Shown here one piece after another: positions 1-8,728 of a stretch of 64,000 nt of DNA. The position numbers were made by a program, and so were the translations under genes. This DNA is from a virus. The notes beneath the pieces are model-generated. The model saw only the letters and a program-made list of their open reading frames with translations. It was not told the origin of the DNA and did no database searches. The stretch's first letter is position 1. Every line of letters starts with the position of its first letter. The DNA lies in IMG/VR virus record IMGVR_UViG_3300030202_003496, positions 10,781-74,780 of that record, one strand, 5' to 3'.

Positions 1-65
1 ACGACAATGAAGCAGCAATCATAACAATGACATTAAGATTTGATTACGCTATTTTACAATACTAA
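1..65 (+). CDS. C-terminal end of a probable tail tube protein (T4 gp19-like), truncated by the window edge
   Basis: Frame from nt 3 reads DNEAAIITMTLRFDYAILQY*. The 'LxxDYA(I)Lx(F/Y)' ending resembles gp19-like tube proteins, and it lies upstream of the chaperone and tape-measure genes. Confidence 0.6.
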   Translation, partial: DNEAAIITMTLRFDYAILQY

Positions 66-86
66 TTAAAATTTAATAACGAAATT

Positions 87-115
87 ATAGCCCAAGTTTT
101 TTGGGCTATTTTTTT
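87..115 (+). terminator. Rho-independent terminator
   Basis: ATAGCCCAA-GTTTT-TTGGGCTAT 9-bp hairpin followed by a T run. Confidence 0.85.
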
Positions 116-170
116 GTTTATATATATTTATATATACTAGTTATATTAAAAACAATAAAGGAGTATCATT

Positions 171-1034
171 ATGACAAAAGTGACGGATTCATATCCAGGA
201 AAAGAACTAACTACTGAAGAATTAAAAAAGCAGTTAGTAAAAGACACACAAGTAAAAGAATTAAAAGAATCTAAATTCCCTACAGAAATTATTGATTTAC
301 CAAGTAAAGGATTGCTATATCCAAAAGAGCATCCATTATCTTCAGGTAAAATTGAAATGAAATATATGACAGCAAAGGAAGAAGATATTCTTACTTCTCA
401 AAATCTTATACAAAAAGGTGTTGTTATTGATATGTTATTACGTTCTCTTATTGTAGGTAACGGTGAAGGTAAAAGAGTTAATTACGACGATTTAATTCTA
501 GGAGACAAAAATGCTGTTATGGTAGCTGCAAGAATATTAGGTTATGGTGCAGAATATCCAGTAGAATTAACGTGTCCTGCATGTGGTGCTAAATCTAAGG
601 AAAATATAAATTTAGCAGAATTGGAAAATAAGGTAGTTGACTATGAATTTAAGAATGAAAATAGATTCGAGTTTGTTTTACCTCTTTCAAAGAAAACACT
701 TACATTCAAAATTCTATCTCATTCAGATGAGTCTAAAGTTGCAGAAACTGCTAAAAGAATGAAAAAGCGTTCATTATCTAATCAGCAATCATATGAATTA
801 ACAAGTAGATTAAAAGCAATGATTATTGCTGTTGACGGTGAAGAAGATAGAAAAACTATAGATAGTTTTGTTGACAATGAATTCATATCTAGAGATTCAT
901 TAGCTTTTAGAAAAGAGTTAGACAGAATTACACCTGATGTTGATATGAAGGTTTGGTTTGAATGTTCAGAATGTGGACATGAAGAAGCAATCACAATCCC
1001 ATTAACCGTAGAGTTTTTTTGGCCTAGGGTCTGA
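171..1034 (+). CDS. Tail assembly chaperone / baseplate hub assembly protein (T4 gp26-like), two CxxC zinc motifs
   Basis: LPSKG..YP, MTAKEEDIL, CPACG, CSECG and FFWP motifs; AGGAG RBS; lies between tube and tape-measure genes. Confidence 0.75.
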   Translation: MTKVTDSYPGKELTTEELKKQLVKDTQVKELKESKFPTEIIDLPSKGLLYPKEHPLSSGKIEMKYMTAKEEDILTSQNLIQKGVVIDMLLRSLIVGNGEGKRVNYDDLILGDKNAVMVAARILGYGAEYPVELTCPACGAKSKENINLAELENKVVDYEFKNENRFEFVLPLSKKTLTFKILSHSDESKVAETAKRMKKRSLSNQQSYELTSRLKAMIIAVDGEEDRKTIDSFVDNEFISRDSLAFRKELDRITPDVDMKVWFECSECGHEEAITIPLTVEFFWPRV

Positions 1035-1266
1035 ATACAGGCCCATTCTACACGAACAGATATTTCAGCTTCTGTATTTTTCTAATGGTGGGTTTACTCA
1101 CGATGATGTATATACGATGCCTGTTTACCTTCGAGTGTTTTACTTTAAGAAATTAAACGAACAGCACAAGAAAGAAAATGAGGCTGCTGAAAAAGCTAGA
1201 AAAGGAAAGGGCTCATCACCTAAAGGAATAAACATCCCATCATTCGCGAAATCTCCAAAATCTTGA
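1012..1266 (+). CDS. Frameshift-accessed C-terminal extension of the tail chaperone (G-T-like / T4 gp51-like)
   Basis: The +1 frame opens right after TAG (1009-1011) at the T7 run and reads FFGLGSEYRPILHEQIFQLLYFSNGGFTHDDVYTMPVYLRVFYFKKLNEQHKKENE...KS*. It has no start codon of its own near the 5' end and is not in the ORF track. Confidence 0.7.
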   Translation, partial: SFFGLGSEYRPILHEQIFQLLYFSNGGFTHDDVYTMPVYLRVFYFKKLNEQHKKENEAAEKARKGKGSSPKGINIPSFAKSPKS

Positions 1267-1304
1267 TATTTATATTAAACTAATAATATACAAGGAGACA
1301 CGAC

Positions 1305-1580
1305 ATGAGTGACGAAAGTTTACGTGAATACATAAAAAAGAAAATCGCTACCGAAATGTCTGACAATCCAGATATCACAAAAGAAGGTGTTTTGGATTCG
1401 GTATTCAATCATATACAAAGTGTATTAAAAAAATCACGAGACAGAAAATTTGACGCTGCAATGGATAAACTTGCAAAGTCTGGTCCTGATGGTAAAAAAG
1501 CTGCAGACCATTATAAAAAATCTGTTGATATGATAGATAAGCTTAATATAAATTACGATAAATTTGGTTGGGAAGATTAA
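1305..1580 (+). CDS. Hypothetical protein
   Basis: 91-aa ORF, AGGAG RBS, TATTTATA motif upstream. Confidence 0.7.
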   Translation: MSDESLREYIKKKIATEMSDNPDITKEGVLDSVFNHIQSVLKKSRDRKFDAAMDKLAKSGPDGKKAADHYKKSVDMIDKLNINYDKFGWED

Positions 1581-1590
1581 AATATAAGCT

Positions 1591-4500
1591 ATGGCATCAG
1601 ATAGAAAGAAAGAACAAGAAGAAATAAACTCTTTATTAAGTGAAGAGTCTTCTGCATTAGAAAAGATTTTAGGTCTTCAGAATGATGTCAAAAATATGAT
1701 GCAGCAAAAGCTGCAACTTAAAAACAAAGAGCTTCAAGAGCAAAAATCATTAACTCAATTTATTCAGTCAGGTTTAGATATTGAAACTAAACGAGTACAG
1801 AATGCTCGTGATTTATCTCAACTTGGTAATAGGATATTACAAGGAAAGGTACAAGCACAAGCGTTAGATGACGCAAATCTTGCTAGTGCTCAGGCACAAT
1901 ACGATGCTGCAAATAAAAGAAAGCTTATAAATGATGCATCATATCAACAAGGTTTATTAGATGCAGAATTAAAGGACGGCATTGTTAGTATGGAGGAAGA
2001 AATCCTCGGTATACTTAGAGATAAAAAGAAGCTTGAGGACCCTGCATTCAAAGCTAAACAAGAAGAACTTACTCAGTTAAAAAAGAAAGAGGAGTTCCAA
2101 AAGAAATCACAAGAGCATATAGATTATATTAAAGATAAGTTTGATGATGTAACTGCATTAGCTACAGACCCTAAAATAGCAATGACAGTGTTTGGTGGTG
2201 TAATGCTAAATAATGCTTCAAAATTTGCAAATACTATGACAGAGGTTGGTGCGGATATGGGAGTATCACGAGACCAAGCGTTGGAGATGGGAGCTGCATT
2301 AGGACCTGCGTCAATTCAAGCTTTCGCAATGGGAATAAGTGCTAAAAAAATAGCAGAAGCTTATTCAGGAATTGCAGAGTCTATGGGGCCTATGACTCCT
2401 CAAATGGCAGGCATGGCCACACATGCTGCAAAAATGGCAAAAGAATTACAGATTGCTCCAAAAGAAGCAGGTAAGTTATTTGCTCTTACAGCTATGATTG
2501 AAGGAGGTACTGCAGAAACCGCTAAGGCTTCACTGAAAACAGTCGAAAATCTTGCAAGAGGAGCCAATGTTCCTATTGGAGCAGTTATGTCCGATGTAGC
2601 AAATAGTGCTGACTTAATTGCTCAGTATGGATATGACAATGTAGAAGCATTAGGTAAAGCTGCGGTTGAAGCTGCTAAGATGGGTACGTCATTAGACCAG
2701 ATGGCTAAAACAGCAGACAAGCTTATGGATATCGACAATGCTAGAAATAATGCAATGCAGCTATCTGTATTATTAGGAAGAAATATAAACATTGATAGAG
2801 CTCAACAACTAATATATGAAGGTAAATTAGAAGAAGGATATAAAGAAATGCTTAATCAGCTTGGTGGTATTAACGCATTTAATCAAATGGATTATTACCA
2901 AAAGAAACAAGCGGCAGATTTAATGGGTGTGTCGGTTGGTGAACTACAAAAGCAGTTAAATTTACAGGCAGGTCTTACAGAAACAGGAGAGAAACAGGCT
3001 ACAGGCTGGGCAAAGATTTTAGGTAATGTAAAAGATGGAGCTAAATTTGCAAAAGACAATATGACAACTTTAGCGTCTACACTATCAGTATTAGGCTCAA
3101 TAAAAAATATGAAGATTGCAACTTGGATTAAAGAGAAAGCTCACGCAATTTGGATGAAGACTTTTGGTGGAGGTAGTAAAGTTGCTCAGGCAGCCGCAGG
3201 TCCTCTAAAAGCTGATGGTACTCCAGATATGAGATTTAAGGCTAATAAAGGATTGATAAGTAAGATTCAAAAACCTGTAGACTCAGGAAACAAACTTACA
3301 GATAAAATGGCAAAAACACCAAAAAAACAGGGTAATGTAATAACAAGGTTTTTTAACTCATTTAAGAAAGTAAATTGGTCTTCGATAGCTAAAGGAATAG
3401 TTGCTATGCTAGGTATGGCAGTTGCGCTAGTAGCATTCGTACCTCCATTCAAGATGTTAGCAGATGTACCAGTTCAAGGTATATTAGCAGGGATAGGTTC
3501 AATACTTGTACTATCACAAACAATAGGTGCTATGGGTAAAGGAAGTACTAGTACTATGAAAGGCGCTGCAACAATGGCAATAATGGCTGCAGCTTTATTA
3601 CCTATGGCACTATCTATGCAAATGATTGCAGGTATAAATCAAGATGCTATGTGGAACTTTACAGGAATAGCTACAGTATTAGGTTTGGTATTTGCAGGTA
3701 TTGGAGCTTTAGGTGCAGCTACAATAACAGGTGCGTTTGCAATGATTTTAATGGCGTCATCAATGATACCTATGGCATATTCAATGCAAATGATAGAAGG
3801 ACTTTCTTATGCAGATATGTGGAATTTTACTGCAGTACTTACAGTATTAGGTTTGGTATTTTCTGGAATTGGCTATTTGGCATTATTACCTGTTGGAGCA
3901 TTAGGTATGATGATGATGGCTGCTGCAATGATACCTATGGCATATTCATTCCAAATGGTTAACGGTTTACCTTTTGCTGATATGTGGAACTTTACTGGAG
4001 TACTTTCTGCACTAGGCTTAGTATTCTCAATATTAGGAGGCTTTCCTGGTATATTTGTAGGTGCTCTTGCACTGCTAATGATGGGCCCAGCAATGATAGC
4101 TATCGTATACGCAATGAAAAGCTTTGCAGGTCTTGATTGGAAAGCGGCACTTGATGTAGGAAAAACCATTGGAATGTTAGCACTGAGTGTAGCTGGAGTT
4201 GGTCTTATGTACCCACTTGTAATTGCAGGCTCTGTTGCAATGTTAATGGCTTCTGCAGGACTAATGGCCTTTGGCTTAGCAATGAAACAAATACCTACTG
4301 ATTTACTTCAGGGCCAACAGATGTTAATGATGGCTGCAGGTATGGGAGCGATGGGAGCCGCTGGTGTATCTATGTTGTTTGGTGCTCCAGGATTCTTTGC
4401 AATGTCTGCAGGACTTATTGTATTTGCCGGTGCGCTTGCTTTAATAGCACCGTTGTTGCCTGTTGTCGAAAAACTTGCTCAGTTAGGCATAATTGGAAAT

Positions 4501-4674
4501 ATGGAAGGAGCTGAAGGTGCAGGAGGTGCTGGAGGTGGAGATGAAGGTGAAAATGCAGTAATAGAAAAATTAGATGAACTAATATCACTTATTAGAAGTG
4601 GTGGTAAAGTTGTTATGGATGGAAGAGAAGTAGGTAAAGTAGTTCAAATGGCAATAGGACCTCAGGGAAGTTAA
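1591..4674 (+). CDS. Tail tape measure protein
   Basis: 1027 aa; coiled-coil N-terminus, Ala/Gly/Met-rich hydrophobic repeated C-terminal half, 'MDGREVG' end; follows the chaperone gene. Confidence 0.8.
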   Translation: MASDRKKEQEEINSLLSEESSALEKILGLQNDVKNMMQQKLQLKNKELQEQKSLTQFIQSGLDIETKRVQNARDLSQLGNRILQGKVQAQALDDANLASAQAQYDAANKRKLINDASYQQGLLDAELKDGIVSMEEEILGILRDKKKLEDPAFKAKQEELTQLKKKEEFQKKSQEHIDYIKDKFDDVTALATDPKIAMTVFGGVMLNNASKFANTMTEVGADMGVSRDQALEMGAALGPASIQAFAMGISAKKIAEAYSGIAESMGPMTPQMAGMATHAAKMAKELQIAPKEAGKLFALTAMIEGGTAETAKASLKTVENLARGANVPIGAVMSDVANSADLIAQYGYDNVEALGKAAVEAAKMGTSLDQMAKTADKLMDIDNARNNAMQLSVLLGRNINIDRAQQLIYEGKLEEGYKEMLNQLGGINAFNQMDYYQKKQAADLMGVSVGELQKQLNLQAGLTETGEKQATGWAKILGNVKDGAKFAKDNMTTLASTLSVLGSIKNMKIATWIKEKAHAIWMKTFGGGSKVAQAAAGPLKADGTPDMRFKANKGLISKIQKPVDSGNKLTDKMAKTPKKQGNVITRFFNSFKKVNWSSIAKGIVAMLGMAVALVAFVPPFKMLADVPVQGILAGIGSILVLSQTIGAMGKGSTSTMKGAATMAIMAAALLPMALSMQMIAGINQDAMWNFTGIATVLGLVFAGIGALGAATITGAFAMILMASSMIPMAYSMQMIEGLSYADMWNFTAVLTVLGLVFSGIGYLALLPVGALGMMMMAAAMIPMAYSFQMVNGLPFADMWNFTGVLSALGLVFSILGGFPGIFVGALALLMMGPAMIAIVYAMKSFAGLDWKAALDVGKTIGMLALSVAGVGLMYPLVIAGSVAMLMASAGLMAFGLAMKQIPTDLLQGQQMLMMAAGMGAMGAAGVSMLFGAPGFFAMSAGLIVFAGALALIAPLLPVVEKLAQLGIIGNMEGAEGAGGAGGGDEGENAVIEKLDELISLIRSGGKVVMDGREVGKVVQMAIGPQGS
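3649..4100 (+). repeat. ~55-aa internal repeats in the tape measure protein
   Basis: ATGTGGAA(C/T)TTTAC (MWNFT) at 3649, 3817 and 3982 (spacing 168 and 165 nt), each followed by ..LGLVF.. Confidence 0.8.
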
Positions 4675-4675
4675 T

Positions 4676-7552
4676 ATGGCATTCAAATTTAATAATTTAG
4701 AAGAATATTTAGAGAAGATGAGTAAAGGCAAGCAGCCTGTAGGTACAAGCGTAAATCCTTTAGGTCAGTTTGCAATAAAGCCACTTCAGCAAGATATAAA
4801 ACCAAACGTAAATTTTCCAACACCAATAATACCTGATTGGAATTATGAAGTTAACCACCCTGCAAAGGATGGTGTAGCTGCAGAACCAGGTGTACCTCAT
4901 ACAACAGGAGATAAAGCTTTTGGAATTAAAGGTCCAGATGCGTTAGGTAAAATGCCTCTTCCTAATATAGAAGGAAAAGACCATACTACAGGAAATAAAG
5001 CTTTTTCAATACCAGGTGATGACCACGAAGGTAGAAATAAAGCATTTAGCTTAGAAGGTTTGGCTCACTCAATGGAAGATAAAGTAAATAAACCTTATAA
5101 ATTTACACCTCCATTTACAACACAAGAGCCTGCTCAGCCTGTGCCAGGTCCAGAGCATACAACTAAGGATGCTGTTAATCCTAAGGTACCAGGACCTGAA
5201 CATTCAACAGTTGAACCTATACCTAAAGTACCAGGACCTGCTCATTCAACACAAGAGCCTATAAAACCAAGAGCTGCAGCACCTGATTATCCTACACAAG
5301 AACCAATAAGTAGACCAGGTCCTCCTGATTATTCTACAGTTGACCCGGTATCTAGACCAGGAGCTCCTGATTATCCTACACAAGAGCCTATAAAAACACA
5401 GTATACTCAAACTCATAAATTGGACAAGCTTTCACCAAGTGCAAACGGCGCATTATTAGAGTTGATTGTAAATAAACAATATAAAGATAGAAAAGAACTA
5501 TTTGGTTCCCCAGAAAAAGACGGCTTAATAAATCATCTAAATAACAATCAAAGTAATTATTTAACAATATCAGGTGCACCAGGAAATATGATGTTCAAAT
5601 TTGGTACTAAAGATGACCAAGTACCTGCAGGAGGTTCTTCAATATGGACTCATACTAGATTAGGTGGTCCTACATCTCAAGGAGTTCAAGCTCGTAAATA
5701 TATGGATAAATTTGCTAGAATCAAAGATGCAACTCTAGCTCTTTCAGCAAAGGAAATAAATTACGATGGAAATTCAGTACCAGCAGCTGCGTTAATTAGA
5801 AGAGGTAATATATTAACAGATGACGCACTGACAAAAGGTCTTTATGAAATGGTTGGTAAAAATAAATTTGTAAGTTTAAGAGATGAAGCTGCAAGAAATA
5901 ACCCTAGGTCACCATTAGGTGAGTTAGCAAGACAGCCTTTTATACAAAGAGGTATACAAAAAGGACCTGGTAATGAAAATCCAGATTCACCAGGATTTTT
6001 ACCTTCACTTGACCCGGTTAATGGTTCTATAGGAATGTTAACAGCTCCAATGATTGATGCATTGAGAGTTGGTAAATACTTAATAAGTCCTAACGGCTTG
6101 TTATTTATGGCAAAGCAAGTAGGTCTTCAATTAACAAATCCTAGAAGTGAATGGAAAAAAGGTTTACATAGAGGTAGAATTTTTAATCCTTTATCATTCG
6201 CACTACAAGTTCCAGCTAACGCTTTAGGTATACACATTGACAGACATTATCTAGGCCCGTTTAACGCAGAAGGTAGTAAATACGAAACTCTTGTTACAGA
6301 TTTAGATAGAGAAGGAGAAACACTTGAAGATTCTAAAAACAGGTTAGTAAAACTATTAGATGAGATGAGTGTTGGAATAATAGGTGTAGGCAAAACACCT
6401 GGTTCAAAAATAGATTTACTTTCAGGTCTTATGGGTCCTAAATCTTTATTTGGAATAGGACAAACAAGATTTTTCAAGCATAAATCTGGAATGGATGTGT
6501 TTTTCGATGCAGAGGCTGAAACTGCTAAATACGAACCTGAAACTCCTTATGTAAAAGGGTTAGCTCACGGTGATGTCTCTGAAGCTTCAAAAGGAAGTGA
6601 GGTAGACTTAAAGCCTTTTACAAATGATAATGACACAAGTAGAGTTGCATACGCAAGAGAAGATGCAGATACTTACTGGTCAGATAAAGTAGAAAGCGAA
6701 GTTAACTTCCCTGGAAATGCTCATATGTTTGTTGACCCTAAAGGTGAAACAAATGGCATGTTCAATGTTATGGACTATACAACTCTAGGATTATATAGAG
6801 ATACAAAAAAGAAATTTAGAGATTTTAGACAAATAGATGGTGAGTACGATGAAGAAAATGCTTATGATGGAGAGGGTAGAGAAAATATAGTTAAAAGACT
6901 AGGTTTGGTAGATTGGGGAGCGTATTCACCAGGATATGGTGATGGTAGTGGTGAAGACATATATGATGAGTTTGAAGGTGAAGAAGCTGTAGATTATGTA
7001 AAGGTTACAATATCTAACGAAGATGATTCAAATAAATGTTATTTACGTGCATATAATTTAGAAATAACAGACAAATTAAATCCTCAATATAGTACAGTTG
7101 CATATTCAGGTAATCCTGCCGAGTCACATATATTTGATAAAATAGGTAGAGCTTGGACTCTTAAGCTTACAATGGCTGCGTTTACATCTAATGAGTTATT
7201 AAATAACTATAAAAAATTAAATCAGTTAATGCAATTATCGTCACCTAAAATTATATCAGGATATGCTGGTGGACATATAACAAAATTAAATGTAGGCTCA
7301 ATATGGAAAGACATGCCAATTATTATAAAGAGTTTTGACTATCAAATAAATAACGATGCAGGTTGGGATATAGGTCATGGTAAAGAAGCAGGCTGGGATG
7401 ATGGAACAGGTCATGCAGAAACAACTACAAAAGAATTACCTATGATGTGGGATATAAATTTAGGAGGTGAATTCTTAGTTAATGCTGATGGAAATTTATG
7501 GACAAATGAATCTAACTTTTTTCAAAAAGAAATTTTAGGAGTTCAAGAGTAG
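4676..7552 (+). CDS. Baseplate/tail structural protein with a Pro-rich repeat region and a C-terminal tube-initiator-like domain
   Basis: 958 aa after the tape measure gene; the C-terminal 'ITDKLNPQYSTVAYSGNPAESHIFDKIGR...IIIKSFDY...WDI' pattern resembles tube-initiator (gp48/gp54-like) domains. Confidence 0.55.
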   Translation: MAFKFNNLEEYLEKMSKGKQPVGTSVNPLGQFAIKPLQQDIKPNVNFPTPIIPDWNYEVNHPAKDGVAAEPGVPHTTGDKAFGIKGPDALGKMPLPNIEGKDHTTGNKAFSIPGDDHEGRNKAFSLEGLAHSMEDKVNKPYKFTPPFTTQEPAQPVPGPEHTTKDAVNPKVPGPEHSTVEPIPKVPGPAHSTQEPIKPRAAAPDYPTQEPISRPGPPDYSTVDPVSRPGAPDYPTQEPIKTQYTQTHKLDKLSPSANGALLELIVNKQYKDRKELFGSPEKDGLINHLNNNQSNYLTISGAPGNMMFKFGTKDDQVPAGGSSIWTHTRLGGPTSQGVQARKYMDKFARIKDATLALSAKEINYDGNSVPAAALIRRGNILTDDALTKGLYEMVGKNKFVSLRDEAARNNPRSPLGELARQPFIQRGIQKGPGNENPDSPGFLPSLDPVNGSIGMLTAPMIDALRVGKYLISPNGLLFMAKQVGLQLTNPRSEWKKGLHRGRIFNPLSFALQVPANALGIHIDRHYLGPFNAEGSKYETLVTDLDREGETLEDSKNRLVKLLDEMSVGIIGVGKTPGSKIDLLSGLMGPKSLFGIGQTRFFKHKSGMDVFFDAEAETAKYEPETPYVKGLAHGDVSEASKGSEVDLKPFTNDNDTSRVAYAREDADTYWSDKVESEVNFPGNAHMFVDPKGETNGMFNVMDYTTLGLYRDTKKKFRDFRQIDGEYDEENAYDGEGRENIVKRLGLVDWGAYSPGYGDGSGEDIYDEFEGEEAVDYVKVTISNEDDSNKCYLRAYNLEITDKLNPQYSTVAYSGNPAESHIFDKIGRAWTLKLTMAAFTSNELLNNYKKLNQLMQLSSPKIISGYAGGHITKLNVGSIWKDMPIIIKSFDYQINNDAGWDIGHGKEAGWDDGTGHAETTTKELPMMWDINLGGEFLVNADGNLWTNESNFFQKEILGVQE
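5110..5392 (+). repeat. Pro-rich ~15-16-aa tandem repeats ((H/Y)(S/P/T)TxEP....PGP)
   Basis: About 7 degenerate units; cctgattatcctacacaaga occurs twice. Confidence 0.8.
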
Positions 7553-7555
7553 AAT

Positions 7556-7879
7556 ATGAAGCGATACGAAGAAAATAAAAATAGAATTACAAAAAACTTT
7601 AATGATAAGCCTAAAAGAGTTTTTAATACAATTCTATATCCAAAGATAGAAAAAAGTGTAAATGATATTTATATTGAATCACGTCAAGGTGATAGGTTAG
7701 ATAATTTAGCTTATCAGTATTATAGAGATACAACTTTGTGGTGGGTATTAGCAGAAGCTAACCATATAGGTAAAGGTACAATGTATGTTGATACCGGTAT
7801 GAAAATTAGAATACCGCATCCTCAACATGTATTTGAAATTGTAAATAAGTTATATGAAATACAAAATGAAAGGTTATAG
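7556..7879 (+). CDS. LysM-like baseplate wedge protein (gp53 / tail X-like)
   Basis: GDRLDNLAYQYYRDTTLWWVLAEAN...GMKIRIP. Confidence 0.8.
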   Translation: MKRYEENKNRITKNFNDKPKRVFNTILYPKIEKSVNDIYIESRQGDRLDNLAYQYYRDTTLWWVLAEANHIGKGTMYVDTGMKIRIPHPQHVFEIVNKLYEIQNERL

Positions 7880-7881
7880 TT

Positions 7882-8727
7882 ATGGCGATAAATCTATTTA
7901 ACGGCTCAATACTATCAAAAAAAGTAAGGGAGATATTTGGCCAGAGGTCAAAAAACTCAGGAGCTCATCCGTGGATGCAAGAAAAGCGAGCTTGGATGCG
8001 GCTACACTCAAACTCTTCAAAAGGAATGACAATATCAGGTGAGTCTTCAACATGGAATCAAGCTGGTATGTATAAAGAAGATTCTACAGGTCGAATAACT
8101 GCAGCACCAACAATCGAAAGTATAAGTATTAAAACTACTGGTACAGCAGGCTCTATGAGAAAAGCAGACGTAAAATTTAAGGTATATTCATATGACCAGT
8201 TAAAGCAGGTACAAACTGCATTTTTTATTCCAGGGATGTCTGCTGTTATAACTTGGGGTTGGAATATGAAAAGCGATGGCTCTCCTATAAATCCTTCCGC
8301 AGGTGTAGACAACGAAAGCTCTCTTAGAGGTATTACAAAAAAAATTAAAAAATGGGTTGAAAGAAATGATGGTAATTGCGATGGTATGGGAGGTTTGATA
8401 TCAGACTTTGGTTGGTCAAAAGCGACAGGAGGAGGAGCTGATTCTTCAGGATTCGATTGTAGTATTACATTAGAATCACCTGCAAAAACATATATGACAG
8501 GACCTGTTAATATACCTACATGTAAAGCATGTGGTTGTCCAGCTCAAGGAGAAGACGGTGGAGCAAAGGCTGCAGGAGGTTGGGTAAAACAAGCACTCAA
8601 GGACCAAGCAGAATCTGAGATGAGTGTCGAAGGAGGTGAAGGTTCTCAATGGACAGCTCCAAATGGAGCGGTGATGGGATTCTCAATTAAGTTTGACCAA
8701 GAATATCAAGAAGAGCCGGAGGCATAA
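7882..8727 (+). CDS. Baseplate hub protein, N-terminal part
   Basis: IESISIK..G.MRKADVKFKVYS...FFIPG.S..ITWGW...G.ISDF.WS...FDCSI pattern; follows the LysM gene. Confidence 0.6.
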   Translation: MAINLFNGSILSKKVREIFGQRSKNSGAHPWMQEKRAWMRLHSNSSKGMTISGESSTWNQAGMYKEDSTGRITAAPTIESISIKTTGTAGSMRKADVKFKVYSYDQLKQVQTAFFIPGMSAVITWGWNMKSDGSPINPSAGVDNESSLRGITKKIKKWVERNDGNCDGMGGLISDFGWSKATGGGADSSGFDCSITLESPAKTYMTGPVNIPTCKACGCPAQGEDGGAKAAGGWVKQALKDQAESEMSVEGGEGSQWTAPNGAVMGFSIKFDQEYQEEPEA

Positions 8728-8728
8728 T

